Shown: piece by piece, positions 23,107-37,444 of the stretch
Layout of the letters: every line of letters begins with the position of its first letter
Position numbering within the stretch: position 1 is the stretch's first letter
Assembly: GCA_964016885.1 (NCBI GenBank)
Contig: OZ024741.1
Coordinates: 173,042,001-173,106,000, forward strand
DNA from: Eledone cirrhosa
Lineage: Eukaryota
Length of the DNA: 64,000 nucleotides
Direction: 5' to 3'
Notes under the pieces: model-generated
Seen by the model: the letters and a program-made list of their open reading frames with translations, nothing else
Told to the model about the DNA's origin: nothing
Databases searched by the model: none
Translations under genes and position numbers: made by a program

Positions 23107-26100
23107 ATTTTATTTATTAGCCACAAGGGCCGACATGTAGGGGACAATACAAAGACAGGGACAGTGGGGGTTTACAATAAGGTCGAGTAAAAGTGCACAA
23201 TGGCAAGACTAATTTAACAATGAAGATATAAAAAATATAAAATAAACTATACATAAATATAACAAAATAAATTCCCCGATAGGGGGTGGACGACCCATGG
23301 GTGACTCAGGTACCCCCACCAATCCTGAACCACCCTGCGCTTCTAGGGCACCCAGGGAGAGCACCCGTCTCCTCAAGTTAGCTAGCCCCTAGGCGCATGG
23401 TCAGAGTAGGCCCATTCACCCGAGCCATTCTCGCCACATTCATCCACCTTTTAGCAAATGTACTGGGGAGAAGCACTTCTCTCCCCATCCTCACTTTCCT
23501 TTCCAGGTGAAACTTGAAAAAGTTGATGAGGGATTAGCCGAAGAGAAAAGTGTGGCCATTAACCTTGACCACCGAGCAGGTGCCGCTGTGCATTGCAGCG
23601 ATCCAGCTTCTGAAGACAAGGCCGAAGCCAGCCGCTTTGAAGTCAAACTCCAGATACCGATGGACGTCCCCATCGAATGCTTTCATTTGATCTAAATTGA
23701 TCATTTCCCCACCGAAGCCAGGTTTACACCCTACCATCTTTATGATGTATCGCATGAGGTGGAAATTGTCGTGTATGGACCTGGCTGGGATTGCGCAAGT
23801 TTGCGCCTCCCCAACCAAATCCTCGACGACAAGCTAACATCTTGGCCAAAATCTTAAACTCTGTGTTGAGCAGAGTTATGGGCCTGAAGTTGTCTAATGT
23901 ATCCCTCTTGTTCCCGTCTTTCCTTATCAGCGTCACCACTCCCCGGCTCACAGAACTTGGAATACTCCCATTCTGCTGCCAATTGCAGTAGAGTGCTTCG
24001 AGGAGCTCGGAGAAAAAGTCTGGCATATTTACGTAAAGCTCGTAGGGCAGGCTATCCAAACCAGGTGACTTGCGCCTCATGCAGCCGACAAGGGCCTCCG
24101 GAATTTCGGCTGAAGTAATCGGCCTTTCGCAGCGCTCAGCGTCGACCGTCGAGATGCGCGGCAAGCCGTCAAGGTAGGGACTGAAATCCGCTACTCTCTC
24201 TGACTCGCCACTTCCCCGAACAAACGAGCAAAGTGCTGGCGAAAGGCCTCACACATCCGCTTGGAATCGCTTATCTCGTGTCCGTCTCGGTCCGCCAAAG
24301 ACCGAATTGTGTTTTTTTTTTACCACGCTGCGCCTCCGCCACGCGAGCCCATCGAACAGCTTTGGTTCCCTCTTTTCTCAGAGCACGAGCCTTAGCTCTG
24401 ACAATGCAACCTTCGTGTTTCGCATTGAAGAAATGGTCCAATGCCATTCTCGCCGCTAGCACGTCAGTTGCAATGCCATTACAAATAGCGTCGTCTAACT
24501 TATCTACCAGCTCCCCCTCCTTTCTATTTTCTCTAACGCTAGTTCTTTACTGAACTCTATCGAAGTTACTCTAATCTCTCTTTTGAGCGCCCCCTAACCA
24601 CCACCACCACCACCACCACCATCTGTTGTTGATGATTCCCCACTGTCAACTTTTGCTTAACTAAATTGTTGACCTGGTCCCTGTAAGCCTTACGTGCCGG
24701 AAATGACATGTCCAGCTTCCAGCAACCAGGTCCTAACCTACGCGTCTTATCTAGGTCGACCATACAGATCACAAATTTGTGATCTGAATAGGCGACCGTT
24801 TTAAAACGTGGACAGCTTACACTATATCTATGTATTTTCCTAATGAAGATCCTCTCTATATACGATCTAGATGACCCCATGCGGTTGGTCCATGTCCATA
24901 CTGGCGCATTGGGGCAATCTAGTCGATACCTGTCAGACAGTTGGAACTGGCTGATTAGATGCTTGGGGCTTTTGCACCCTCCGCTTTTATCAGCTACTTC
25001 CACACAATCCCAGCGTTCGTCTAAGATTCCGTTTCAGTCCCCCGCTAACAGTAAAGAGCGAGACGTACCCAGAAAGGTCTCCAGGTGCCTAAAGAAGTCC
25101 GGTAGTTCGGCCCCTGTAGGGGCGTAGACGACGAGCATTCTAAAGGCACCACCTTCGCTACTGCTCACATCCAAGACCACCAACGTACCGTCCGGCTCCG
25201 GAAGATCGACGTTACCTCGAGGGTCCAGTCCTTTCCTAAACAGCACAGCCACCCCACCTCCCATTCCCGGCCTGCTAACAGATGCGAAGATCTGATAGTC
25301 GTCGAAAATGGGGGCTAGTGCGCGCGTGTCGGAAATTCTGGTCTCGCTGACGGCAATCACATACATTTCCAGCGCCCTGAGGTCGTTGAGCAGGCGACCC
25401 TGCTTCCAGGGTGACCCCAGGCCGCGAACATTTAAACTTCCTACTCTTAATATGGCCATGTTGGCAAGCTAAAAGAGAGAGGCAAGGTTTACTTACCTCC
25501 CTGGGTCTTGTGAAGGTCGGGTGGTTCGACCTCCATGGTTGGTGGGGTTTCTTTTGGGAACCTCTTTAAAAGTCTCGATGTGGATTTCACATTCGGGGTT
25601 CTCACGTCTTGAGGAAAGCTCTCCCGAATTTCTTTGAAGGAATCGAGTGACATTCGAACCAGAAGCAAATCTTCTGGCACGCAAAATGTGCTCATTTCAA
25701 AGATCTCCCCCTCTGTTTGAATGTCCTCGCTTCGTGCTAAGAGAGCCATCAGTTTATCGTTGGCCTTTCTGACAAGCACGAAGTTTTATTTGTTTTTGTT
25801 TCGGTGACTGTGGTGGTGATGGTTTTGATGGTGTTGTTTTGGATGTGTCTGTGTTTGTTGTAGGTGTGGTGTCTGCAATTTCAGGTATTTGTGTGTTTAT
25901 TTGTACTTGTGTTTGTTTAGGTTGTTTGCGTTTCGGGGATTGTGGGGGTGGTGTCGATGTTGCTGTTGGTGCTGATGTTATTGGGGAAGTGTTTGCGTTA
26001 GTGGTGTCTGTATTTTTTATTGTGTATGTTTTTGTGTTTTATTGGGGCTTTTTTGTGAGTTTTCTCTGTTTTTTTGTTGTTTTTTTTGCACTTTTGGGTT

Positions 26101-27600
26101 TTCCTTCATCTTCGCTGCTGGAAGACAAAGGGTATGTGGCTGTGAGTGTCTCTGTGTCTGTGTGTGCGTTTATTGTTTTGTCTATGTATATAATTGGGGG
26201 GGGGTAGGGTGAGTGGGAGAGCTTTCCTCGTTTTCCCCTTGGATTAGTTTCGGTGTTGGTGATGATCCGGCTGGTTTTGATGTTGGTGTTGTTTTTGGTG
26301 GTGGTGGTGCAGCTTTCAGTGCTGACACTGGCGTTGGCAACAAAGGAGGTTTGCGACCTCCTGCATTTTGCACTGAGGGCAGAAGGCTTGCAGATGCGTT
26401 GCTTCCCCGCAGACGAAGCAGTTCGGCCTTCTTCCCTCAGTGATTAGTTGGATTGTTGTCCCGTCCTGCAGGCGGGAAAAATCCGGGATGTTGTTGATGT
26501 CCTCTGGTTTCATTTGAAGAAGAATCTCCACATCCATTCCGGACCAGTCTTCTCTCTCTGTCCTTTTGATATCCAGGAGGGTAGTGTCTGTCCCCTCCTC
26601 GATTACGCATCCCAGGAGCCACCAAATGTTTATTCCTGGTGGGATCCTGGGAATGCAGACCTTTACTGTTTTTTTGCCCATGTAGGACGGGTGCATGATA
26701 ATGCGTTCCGTTCTGCAGGGGGTCACCGAGTGCTTAATAGCAAGGGCCTCGGTTTTGAACAGTACCGAGATGGTACCGAACTGTTTGGCCCTTGCTTTAT
26801 ACTCTATGTCACTTACGATGCACTCTAAAGCAGCCTCAACCTCTGCTTGGCTGGCAAGTTCCACTTTGCGTGTCTGCACTGAAATGCATCGAAAGTACAC
26901 CGTCCTCCTTTGCATGGCCGCTATTGCCCCGTCCGGGATGGTCAGGTTTGCCCATGACTTCTCCCGTTTAATTAACGCCTGGGCCAACTGTTCGTCTTTA
27001 TCGCTAATATCAATATTCAATAAGCGCTTTGTTTTTGCTGTTGCTGCAGCAAAGGTGGTGCCTCTGTTGCTCTTGTTGTTGGTGTTGTCGTCCTTGCTGT
27101 TGTTGTTGGCGTTGTTGTTGTTTTGTTTGGTGTTGCTGTTGCCAATGTGTTTACATTGAAGCTGTCGGTGTTATTGTCGTTGTTGTTCTGAGTTGTTGTT
27201 GTGGTGGTGGTGGTGGTGGTGATGTCGTTTTGAGATGATACTGCTCCTAACACAGAAGGGAGCGGTTGTGATGGTAGCTTTCGTGTTTTGCCTTCACACT
27301 CAGTGGAATGGTCGACAGACATGTCTGTAGTAGTCGTAATTGTGGTGAGATCTACAGTGGCTGCTTTTGAACTTTTGACCTGAATGTTGTTTACCGTTTC
27401 AAGGTCGAAAATTTCCATTTTTTTTTTTTTTTTTGGTGGGGAAGCGATTTTTTTCGAAGTTTTTTAAAATAAATCTGAATATTCGGGCTTAAAACCGGAA
27501 TATTGAGAGGTCTCCCTTCCTGGAAACCAAGGTAGATATTTCGTTAACGACAAGAAAATACAAAAAAAAATGATACTTTAAAACAGCTTAAAGTTACGAA
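23107..27600 (-). mobile_element. Tx1/L1-like LINE (family D) with an internal RT deletion
   Basis: ORF1 25489-27418 with CFVCGEATHLQAFC; APE SLNVRGL at 25034-25459; RT N-half 23534-24164 joined directly to the 3' end near 23560. Confidence 0.85.
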
Positions 27601-27621
27601 CCTTTTCCCCCGCAGACTTGT

Positions 27622-29206
27622 ACGTCCAGATGCTCGGCACCGCTCTCAAGGAATACGAAGCGGTGACAGGAGCAAAGATAAACCAGGAAAAGTCGGTGGG
27701 CTTGCAGCTCGGCACCTGGAGAGGCAAGTCCATGCCGTCCGACAGCGTCGTGGTGCGTTGGACAGACTGACCGGTTAAATTGCTCGGGGTCTGGTTCGGA
27801 CCGGATCTCCAAGTGGAGAAAAACTGGAGCGAGGTGACGAGCAGGGTGGCCTCTCTCAACCAGAAATGGGCCGAGAGGAAGCTGTCCCTGAAAGGCCGGA
27901 CGGAGGTGGAGAATGCGTACATCGCATCCGTCATCTGCTACCACCTCACCGTCGTCCCTTTCCCCGGCCCAACTCTCACCAAAATGGAGCGCCTTCTCTT
28001 CCGTTTCTTGTGGAAGGGACGCGCTCCCATGGTCAGACAATCTATCTGCTGTCAATACCCGTTGCGTGGAGGACTGGGCATGCCATGGCTGATGATGTGC
28101 AAACATGCGCTGAGGCTGCGACATCTCTGGTGCTTCCTTGACGGTGAACAGGTGTGGTCGCCGTTCGCCAGGCAGGAAAAGACCGAGGGATAGCGCTTGG
28201 AAACTGGAATGTCTCCAGGCGCTCACTGCCCTCTGTCAGCTGGGCACCAGTATCGGTGGAACATCCACCTCGGCGTTCTATAGAGGACTAGTGGAGGGGA
28301 GCAGCGACGACGTTCTTGGAGAGATCCTGGGCGTCGAAGAAAATCAGTTGTTTGCTCTCTTCCGGAGAACTTTCAGCCCAGGGCCTATGGGTAACTTCCA
28401 GAAATCCCTGGCCTGGCAGTGCTAACGGGGAGCTTTGCCGGTTCGAGATAAGCTCTACAGGTACGGAAGTGCCGTCAGCCTAGCCTGTCCGAGATGCGCG
28501 CAGAGCGGCGAAACCGTCGTGCACGCACTCGTTCAGTGTCCGAGCATTGCTGACTTGTGGAGCTATATCGAACAGTTGCTGTCGCGTGTAGGACCGAACC
28601 GGTTATCGACTGAGTCCATTGTGCAGATGGTCTCGCCGTCTTCCTTCGAGGAAGTAGGGCAGGCGGTTTTCATCTGCCTAGTGGCCATGGCGAAATAGAT
28701 TGTGTGGTGGACAAGGTTGAAAGGGTTAAAGACAGATACTTTCCTCTTCGGCGAATCCCTAATTAACTTTTTCAAGTTTCACTTGAAGAGAAAAATCAGG
28801 GTGGAGAGGCAAGTGCTGCCTTCTAGCAAGTTTTTTGAAAGGTGGGTGAATGTAGCGAGAATCGCTCGAGTGGACGGGACCGCTCTGAATATACGCCTGT
28901 AGTTTGAGAGATGGAAAATTTGAGAGAGGGCGCTTGCCCTGGTGGTCAGGGTGGCCGTGGTCTTTTGTGTGGTTTTCGCCACAAGTAACCCTCGGAGGTT
29001 TCCCCCTATTGGGGAATTTTTTCATTGTTTCAATTTTCATTTTTATTGTTTATATATATATATATGTTTCTATGTCTTTTTTTCCTTTCTTATATAAATA
29101 ATAAAAATATTTACACGCACAAAATCCATATCGTACCGTCCTGTACCGTCCTGTGCCGTCTGTAATGTTTTTTCTTGATGTCAGCCCGTGTGGCCAATAA
29201 AGAAGT
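27622..29206 (+). mobile_element. 5'-truncated Tx1-like LINE (family C)
   Basis: ORF2 C-terminal pieces 27780-28902; AATAAA then (ATT)n; closely similar to 47051-49480. Confidence 0.9.
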
Positions 29207-29230
29207 CATTATTATTATTATTGTTGTTGT

Positions 29231-29575
29231 TTTTCAAATTTCTTTTGAAAAGGAAAATCAGGGTGGAGAGGAAAGTACTCTCTTTCCAGCATTTTGTTGA
29301 AAGATGGGTGAGAGAGGCAAGCATGGCCCGAGTGAATGGCTTACTCTGAGTATGCGCCTGTAAATTGAAGGTGGAAAACTGGGAGAAGGCACTTGCCTTG
29401 CCGGTCAGGGTCACCATGGCTTTTTTAATGGGCTTTCTCCATGAGTGTCCCTCGGAAGTCTCCCCCTATTGGGGAATTTTCCTTTGTTTCTTTTTTGTCA
29501 TTTCTTTGTTTTTTCTTTACACGCTGAATGCCCATTTGTCCCGTCCTGTACCGTCCTGTGCTGTCCTTAATATTA
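29231..29575 (+). mobile_element. Tx1-like family B-related 3' end fragment
   Basis: Homologous to the reverse complement of 17360-17690. Confidence 0.75.
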
Positions 29576-29593
29576 TACTTTATGGGAAAAAAA

Positions 29594-31270
29594 CATGGCG
29601 GAACCACGCAGCCCCAACTTTGAGTTTGCCGTCGTGCGACAGCGAGTCAAACGTTGAGGCTAATAACGCTGCCCCCTCCCCCCACCCACCCGCAACAATT
29701 TTATAATGTAACAACACATCAGGCAATATTGCCAACACCAACAACATCAACAACACCAACAACAGTGAGAACACTAATATAAACAAAAATGGCAACACCA
29801 ACAACAGCAGCAACAACGCCAACAACAGTAAAAACACAGTCGTGAGCAAGATCGACAACAGTACCAGCAACAACGACAGCAACACCAACAACAACAACTG
29901 CAATAATGACAGCAACACCAACAACAACAACAACAGCAAGAACGACAACAATATCAACAACAATGACAACCACAACATCAACAACAACAACAACAATAAC
30001 AAAAGCAGCAGTAACGACGAAACCACACAACAGGCAGGAGCCGCCCAAGCTACATCATTCGTGAAGGCTGCCAAAAATGTTGAACGAGTACGTGTCAGTG
30101 ACACGGAGATGAGGCAGGCCAAGATGTTGGTAAAAAAAAAACCGGACACAGGGTCAGCCTCACCCACCCACCAGATCTCATGAAAAACCGACGTCTGTGT
30201 AAGGTCTCGTACCGTACACTTGCACTCAAATGGCGCAGGAGGAACGGGCGACCGAGTCACAGACCCAAAGAGTTGTGGGTGCCGTCTGGGCACAGAAAAC
30301 CTACGTAGTCCGAGGATCAAAGTATGGCACGGTGGATGTTCTCTTCGCTACACCCGAAGAAGCCAGAGTACACACCAGTACGCTACTCCGCAGTGACGAA
30401 ATAGTGATGGTGCCCACATACTGCGGCCAGAGAGTCGCGAGGATCCGAGTGACCCAGGTTCCGCCCTCAGTGGAGATCGCTTGGCTGATGGTGGCCGTCC
30501 TCGCTGACGTCGAGGGGTCAACAACAATCCTAAACGTCATTCGTATAAGACAGGAAAACTGGTCAGGTTCGAGGATTGTGCTAATCATCCAAGCAGACCA
30601 CGAGAGCATAGAGGCCATTTCCGATGTGATCGACCTAGACGACGGCAGCCATTTATCCATCTATCGAAGGTAGACGCCCAAGGTGTCACGGGTGCGGACA
30701 CAAAGTACATCTTAAGGTCTTCTGCCCCAAACTCACCAAGGCGGGCACGCGCTCCCTCCTTCTCCCCACGCCGTGCCCCGCGACTGGAGTGGCCAAACCA
30801 CCAGAGGCCACAGTAGCGGAAAAACTACCAGTACCAGCGACACGAACGACAAAAACACCACCTCCACCACCAACAGCGCCATCAAGACCAATGGAGAGCA
30901 TGCCCCTTCCCGATGTCGCTAAATCGGACAGAAAGTGTGATGACGCTAAAGAGTGTTAAACCATCGCAACGAAAAAAAAAAAGGGAAAGAGCTCCCTACC
31001 TTCGCCCACCAAAAAAGGGGGAAAAAACAAGAAATGATAAATTCAATGACACCACCGCCATCGCCATCAACAGCCGCACCCCCACATCCACTTACACCAA
31101 CATGGAAGGTCGCGCTCTTTAGTGTTTGTGGGCGACTGGAACGGGATTTTGGATGCACGCTGGGACTGTGTGGGACTAACAGATAGGGGAGGAGAGTGTA
31201 AAAGCCATGCAAACCTGTTCAGACGTTTTCAACTGTCAGACAGGTACCGTCTGGATCGTATCTAGATAGG
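29594..31270 (+). mobile_element. Tx1-like LINE 5' part: ORF1 with an Asn-rich tract and a small APE fragment
   Basis: ORF1 pieces homologous to family B (SFVKAAK, KYGTVDVLF, EIAWLMVAVLA); knuckle CHGCGHKVHLKVFC; VGDWNGILD near 31130. Confidence 0.8.
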
Positions 31271-33099
31271 TGAGAAAGAGAGTAACAACGGTGCAGGCAT
31301 GGCTGTGTGGTTAAGAAACTTCTTCACAACTCTGTGGTTTCAGATTGGTTCCCATTTATTATCAAATGATGTTGTTGTTTAATGGCTAAGACGTAGAAGG
31401 AAGCTGATACTTGAAGAATGCTACCATCGTCACCTCTAGTATTATTGACGAAATGGTAGAAGCATTAGACCGTCGGATGAAATATCTTGCTATATTTATT
31501 TTACCTACTTGCATTCTATGCCCTGAGGTCAACTTTGTGTAGTGTGGTGGAATGGTGATAATTTTTCTGTCTGTTTGAGCTCTGCGTTTAAATCTCGACG
31601 CAACTTAATCCGGTAGACTTAATCCGTTTCCTGATTTAATGCCACTAGTTGAGGATACTTTTCCCTTCTTTTCCACCAGTCTCGGAGATTCTGAAAAAGG
31701 TCAAGGATGCTGCTCTTCGTCATTACAAAGCGATAAAATATATCTTCTTTATACACACATATTAATCTGTATAGAGCCTTGCTCTATAATTATTTTACAG
31801 TTTTTGTATTAATAGAGAACGTGTTAGTAATTATTCAATGTTCATAGAATTTAGTGAATGAATTATACATCTTAATATGTAAAAGGGAAGCTATGTATGT
31901 TCCAAGTTGTAGGACATAGTTTTACACCTTAATAGCTGAAATTTAGCATGGAAGCTCACTGTATCAAGGAGGTCACAGGCTATGTGACATTTGCGGATAT
32001 TTGCTCTATTTAGATTCAAATAAGGAATATAAGAATGCTGTATATTCCCAAGTATTGAGATAGACACAGGAGAAATGTTATCGATAAGAAAAACGATTAA
32101 TTTAGAAAGTAGAATTTGATTTGAAGGCTACCACAATGTGAAATGAGGATTACGGTTTAAGAACGAGAAAAATAGGCAGCTGCGAATTAGTTTCCTTAAT
32201 TAATCTTTTAATGAAGGTATTTTATCCCTAAATATAAGGTCCTATAAAGAACTGCAAGGTATCATCCAAACAACTTAGTTTTTGTCATATTTTAAACATT
32301 TACCGTCCAATTCACATTTGAAATAAAACACTATTTTCTACATTTTACACGATGTTTCAAACAAATTACATCACCTTCTTAATTCCCTTAGAACTAGGCA
32401 CGACTATTAGTTGTTCTATATAGTATGAATTAATTCAAGAGTTTTATAGTGTTTACCCATAATATTTTTCCTTTACATTTTCACATGTCGCAAAATAAAA
32501 GTACCGTAGAGAAACAAATAAAATTCTATCGTTTATGTTCTCACGAAATGCATGAAGATCACAGCTTCAAATATCATTTCCCATTAAACTATTGAACATC
32601 TGTGATATGTTGAAGTGAAACAACAACAACAACAACAATACAACAATAACAAAAAACCACAACAAAACCACACGCAAAAAAAACAGCAAAGAAAAAGCAG
32701 AAAAACAAACGGAAAAGAAACGAAAATTAAACCTATATTGACTAAAAGAAAACGATAGCAGCGACGTTAGCTCTCCGGACAAAATAAACACCAGAATAGA
32801 ATGGTTCCGCATTCAATTTCTTTAGTATAAATTCCCTTCTAGTAGTGGGAGTGTTTTTGTACCATCCCGAATCAATACAAAGCAAAAGTGAAAAAAATTA
32901 ACAAAAAACGCAATAAAAGCCAAAACAAAACAGTAATATAATTGGGCTCTTTTCATCGACTTTACACTTCCGGCGTTAAACATTTACCTTGCGCCTTTTA
33001 AAAATTAATCAATATAGAGTACATTTTATTGATTTTTAAATATTTTATACACCGACCACACATACAGTCACACACACACATATATACATATGTATATAC

Positions 33100-33159
<60 letters not shown>

Positions 33160-33424
33160 GGCACACGCCAATTGGCAGAGTTATTAGAGCGCCGCCAGAG
33201 ATGCCTCACAGTATCTGTTTCGGCACATTGCATTCTGAGTTTACATCCCTTACAATTCTCCCTTTATGTCTTTTACTGATGATATCATCACAGAACCAGC
33301 TTTGTTTCCTTCTTTAATATTTCATTTGGGAGTCTCTCATACGAATTCTTAGAAAGGAAACATAAAAAAAAAGGAACTTTCGTCAAATGTTTCCGTTGGT
33401 CTTTCCAATTGCTGATACTATCTA

Positions 33425-33565
33425 TCGGTCGCAACTCCAGGTAGAAGGAGCAACGTGAAATAAAGTGTCTTGCTCAAGGACATAACGCATCACCTGGTCC
33501 AGGAATCGAACTTACAACCTTACGATTGCGAATCCAATTCTCTAACCACTCAGCCACACGCCTTC
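33425..33565 (-). mobile_element. tRNA-derived SINE family 2 fragment
   Basis: Minus strand reads tggctgagtggttaga...ttcgattcc then gtccttgagcaagacactt; homologous to 57478-57800. Confidence 0.7.
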
Positions 33566-34059
33566 ACTAGAGGAAACATAACTAGTACCGTAAAAGTAAT
33601 TAATTTAATAAATGAAAACATATAGGGTCCCGACTCTTTATATATATATATATATACATATGATGGATTCCCCTGACGAGAACACGAGATGTGTATCCAG
33701 CTGTTGGATCAACTAAACTACCTGTTCATAGAATTAACATGAAAAGTCGCAGAAGTTATAATAGAGGTCAGTTTGGTGTTGTAGATGTTCCTTGGTTTTT
33801 GCAGTCTGATATTAAATATCTACATTACTGTACACTTTATTTTGGTCCGAATCCTTTGCCAGGATTTCATCTGACTCCCTGTCTAAAACCATTCTCCAAG
33901 ACATAATTGAAAAAAGGCGAAGAAGAGTCAGACAAAGAAATTTTTGATCCTCAAGTTTGCTGGTTTCGGTCCCGTCTTCAGAGGCTGAATCTCTTCAATG
34001 CACAACATAGCGTAGATAAATGTATACAAGAGCATTTCGGTGGTCCGAGTAAATTGCTA

Positions 34060-34570
34060 ACTATTGGAATCGTTTCAGATCCCGTGCTCGGTTCGTGAAG
34101 GGTGCCCCTCCCTGCCCACTCGCGTCCTTTCTATATGTACTGACTCTTGAGTCACTACTGCGGCTACTGAAGGTATTTAAGGGAATCCTGCTCCAACAGA
34201 GATCTAGAAAAGCTTCATCAGCATATCTGGACGATGTCACAGTGACAGTGTCGAAAACCTCGGAAATCGGGGTGGTCTGCAATATTTAAAAGAGTACGAA
34301 ACGTTAATTATACCGGACCAGCCGGTTGGTTTGCAGCTTGTCACCTGCAAAGGCAAGTCCCTGCCGTTTAGTAGCCTCGTGGGACGCTGGATGGACGGAC
34401 TGGTTAAGTTGCTTGGGAGTCACGTTTGATCCGAACCCGCAGGTGGATAGGAACTGGGATGAGGTAACGACCCTAACCCTAACCCTAACCCTAACCCTAA
34501 CCCTAATCCTAACCCTAACCCTCAGAAATGGGCGAGAGGAAGCTACCCTGGAAAAGATTGGACACGTCAC
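34060..34570 (+). mobile_element. Old, degenerate Tx1-like RT fragment
   Basis: LYVLTLE..SAYLDDVTV; LGVTFDPNPQVDRNWDEV. Confidence 0.75.
34470..34522. repeat. Interstitial telomeric repeat (CCCTAA)~9
   Basis: Read directly from the sequence. Confidence 0.9.
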
Positions 34571-35074
34571 AATACTATGAGTTATCTGGGCATGATTGAG
34601 GACAGAAAACTGTGGTAACTGTTGGCATCAAGAGTTGCACTACAATTACTGGCTGCACCAATTACGGGAACTTGATTAATTGATTCACTACATAAGAATT
34701 TCTAAATAGATTTCCTAAGTGTACATTTCTATTTTGTAATTTTGTTTCGTCGATTCATAGCATACATACCGTCTCATCTCCTTATAATATATAACCAGCA
34801 ATTTATCTGTCTGTCTGTCCGACGCGTAGAGAGAGAGTGAGAGTGAAAGAAAGAGACAGACTACAAGAGGGGGATAGCGGGAGGGAGAGAGAGACACGCT
34901 GAAAGAGGGGAAGGAAAGCTATGTCTTGCTGTCTGCATTACGATACATATATATATATACACACACACACTTAGCGCGTCATAATGACGTAATGCTGACA
35001 GCCAGACATACAGACAGATATTATAAGGGCGCAACGTTATATCTATGTATCTATCTAAAAAGAAAGACTAAGAA

Positions 35075-35272
35075 TTATATAGAGAGAACGCTAAATCGCC
35101 TAATGCGGTCCCTAGGGCATTGAAAATTTGAAATAATTTTTGCTCAAAACACTCACAGGACCATAAGTATTACATGTCTAAAGTTTGAAAACAATCGGTT
35201 GGATGGTTCTCAAGTTTTAGTGAGCTGACAGACAGAGAGACAGACATTCTCTGTTTTAGATATATAGACTAG
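35075..35272 (+). mobile_element. Possible non-autonomous Helentron-like (HINE/DINE-type) fragment
   Basis: aagtttgaaaacaatcgg...gacagacag...ttttagatatatagactag resembles HINE ends; pattern recognition only. Confidence 0.35.
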
Positions 35273-35576
35273 CAGAAAACCGCCCAACGCGTGGTTTTCT
35301 GCTAGTCTCTTCATATAAAATTTAAGATGACCCAAATCATTATAAATGATGGACACATACTTAGTGATCACTTCATCGGTGAATAGGATAAGAGGACGAA
35401 ACATTAGGATTAATATTGGAAGCAATTGTAATTAGATATTTAACTTAATACCGACTAGTATAGATTGAGTTGATCCATAGCGTAGATAAATGTATAGCTG
35501 CTCACACACATTCACACACGCTCACGTGCACATACACACAAATATCCCCACGCACGTAAACACACAAATAATATAT

Positions 35577-35656
<80 letters not shown>

Positions 35657-36320
35657 TTCTTTATTAGCCACAGGGGCACAAAAGAAGGGGACAAATACAA
35701 AGGGGGAAGTTTACATACAATAAAAGCGTGTAAAATGTTATCACAAATGGAATTTAAAAAGTTAGTCGATTTTCCCCAATAGAGGGAGACAGTTTATATG
35801 GGTAACACATACCCCCGAAAAAAAATGTGCAACCCTCATCTCCAGGAGTACGAAGAGTTTGTACTCCTTTCCTCTCCTCCTCCTTTTCCTCAACCTACAG
35901 GCTGATATAGAGAGAAGGCCCATTCACTCGGGCCATTCTCGCCACTTTCACCCACCTTTCATAAAACTTGCTGGGGTACAGCACCTCTCTCTCCATCCTG
36001 ATTCTTCTTCCAAAGTGGTATTTGAAAAAAAGAATCAGTTGTTGGCCGGAGAGAAAGGTGTCTGACCTCAGCCCTTTCAACCTTGTCCACCATACAATCT
36101 CTTTCGCCATAGCTATCACACAAAGGAAAACCGCCTCTCCTTCGTTTTTGAAGGAGAGTGGCGGTTTGATCATGACAATGGACTCGGTGGTCAACTGGAT
36201 TGGTCCCACCCGCGACTATAGTCGTTCTACATAGCCCCACAGGTCAGTGACACCCGGGCAGTGTATGAATGCGTGCGCGACGGTTTCTTCGTCTCGCACG
36301 CACCTCGGACAGATCTTTTT
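35657..36320 (-). mobile_element. Tx1-like family A 3' fragment
   Basis: Near-identical to 781-1443; (GATA)n on both sides. Confidence 0.9.
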
Positions 36321-36321
36321 T

Positions 36322-36381
<60 letters not shown>

Positions 36382-36382
<1 letters not shown>

Positions 36383-36625
36383 TTCTTTATTAGCCACAGG
36401 GGCACAAAAGAAGGGGACAAATACAAAGGGAGAAGTTTACATACAATAAAAACGTGTAAAATGTTATCACAGATGGAATTTAAAAGTTAGTCGATTTTCC
36501 CCAATAGAGGGAGACAGTTTATATGGGTAACACATACCCCCGAAAAAAATGTGCAACCCTCATCTCCAGGAGTACGAAGAGCTTGTACTCCTTTCCTCTC
36601 CTCCTCCTTTTCCTCAATCTACAGG
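36382..36625 (-). mobile_element. Tx1-like family A 3' UTR fragment
   Basis: Near-identical to 781-1024; (GATA)n on both sides. Confidence 0.9.
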
Positions 36626-36792
36626 AGATAGATAGATAGATACAGATATATATATATAATAAATGTAATCTGAGTTTTTCGAATATTAGTAATAACATTC
36701 GATTCGTTTGCAATTATGCAAACAAGCCTCAATTTTATAGCCATGTCAGTAGAATGAACACTTCATTCTTGCTCTTGTGTTGGCATGTGAAC

Positions 36793-37301
<509 letters not shown>

Positions 37302-37444
37302 TCACCCGGGTAAACCTACAGTAACTTCGCGTTACACTCCCTGGATATATATATATGTAAATATAAGTATGTATACTAACAGTGAGAAATGAAATTTCAT
37401 TTTTTCTATATATATATATATATGTGTGTGTGTGTATGTATATA

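Noticed and set aside
31270-33040. Host gene exons in unique AT-rich stretches (also 49500-50700)
   Set aside because: No ORF with recognisable protein features; small exons cannot be excluded
33665-33745. CTGACGA followed by gaac..gttc next to (TA)n
   Set aside because: GAAA and stem III are not in register
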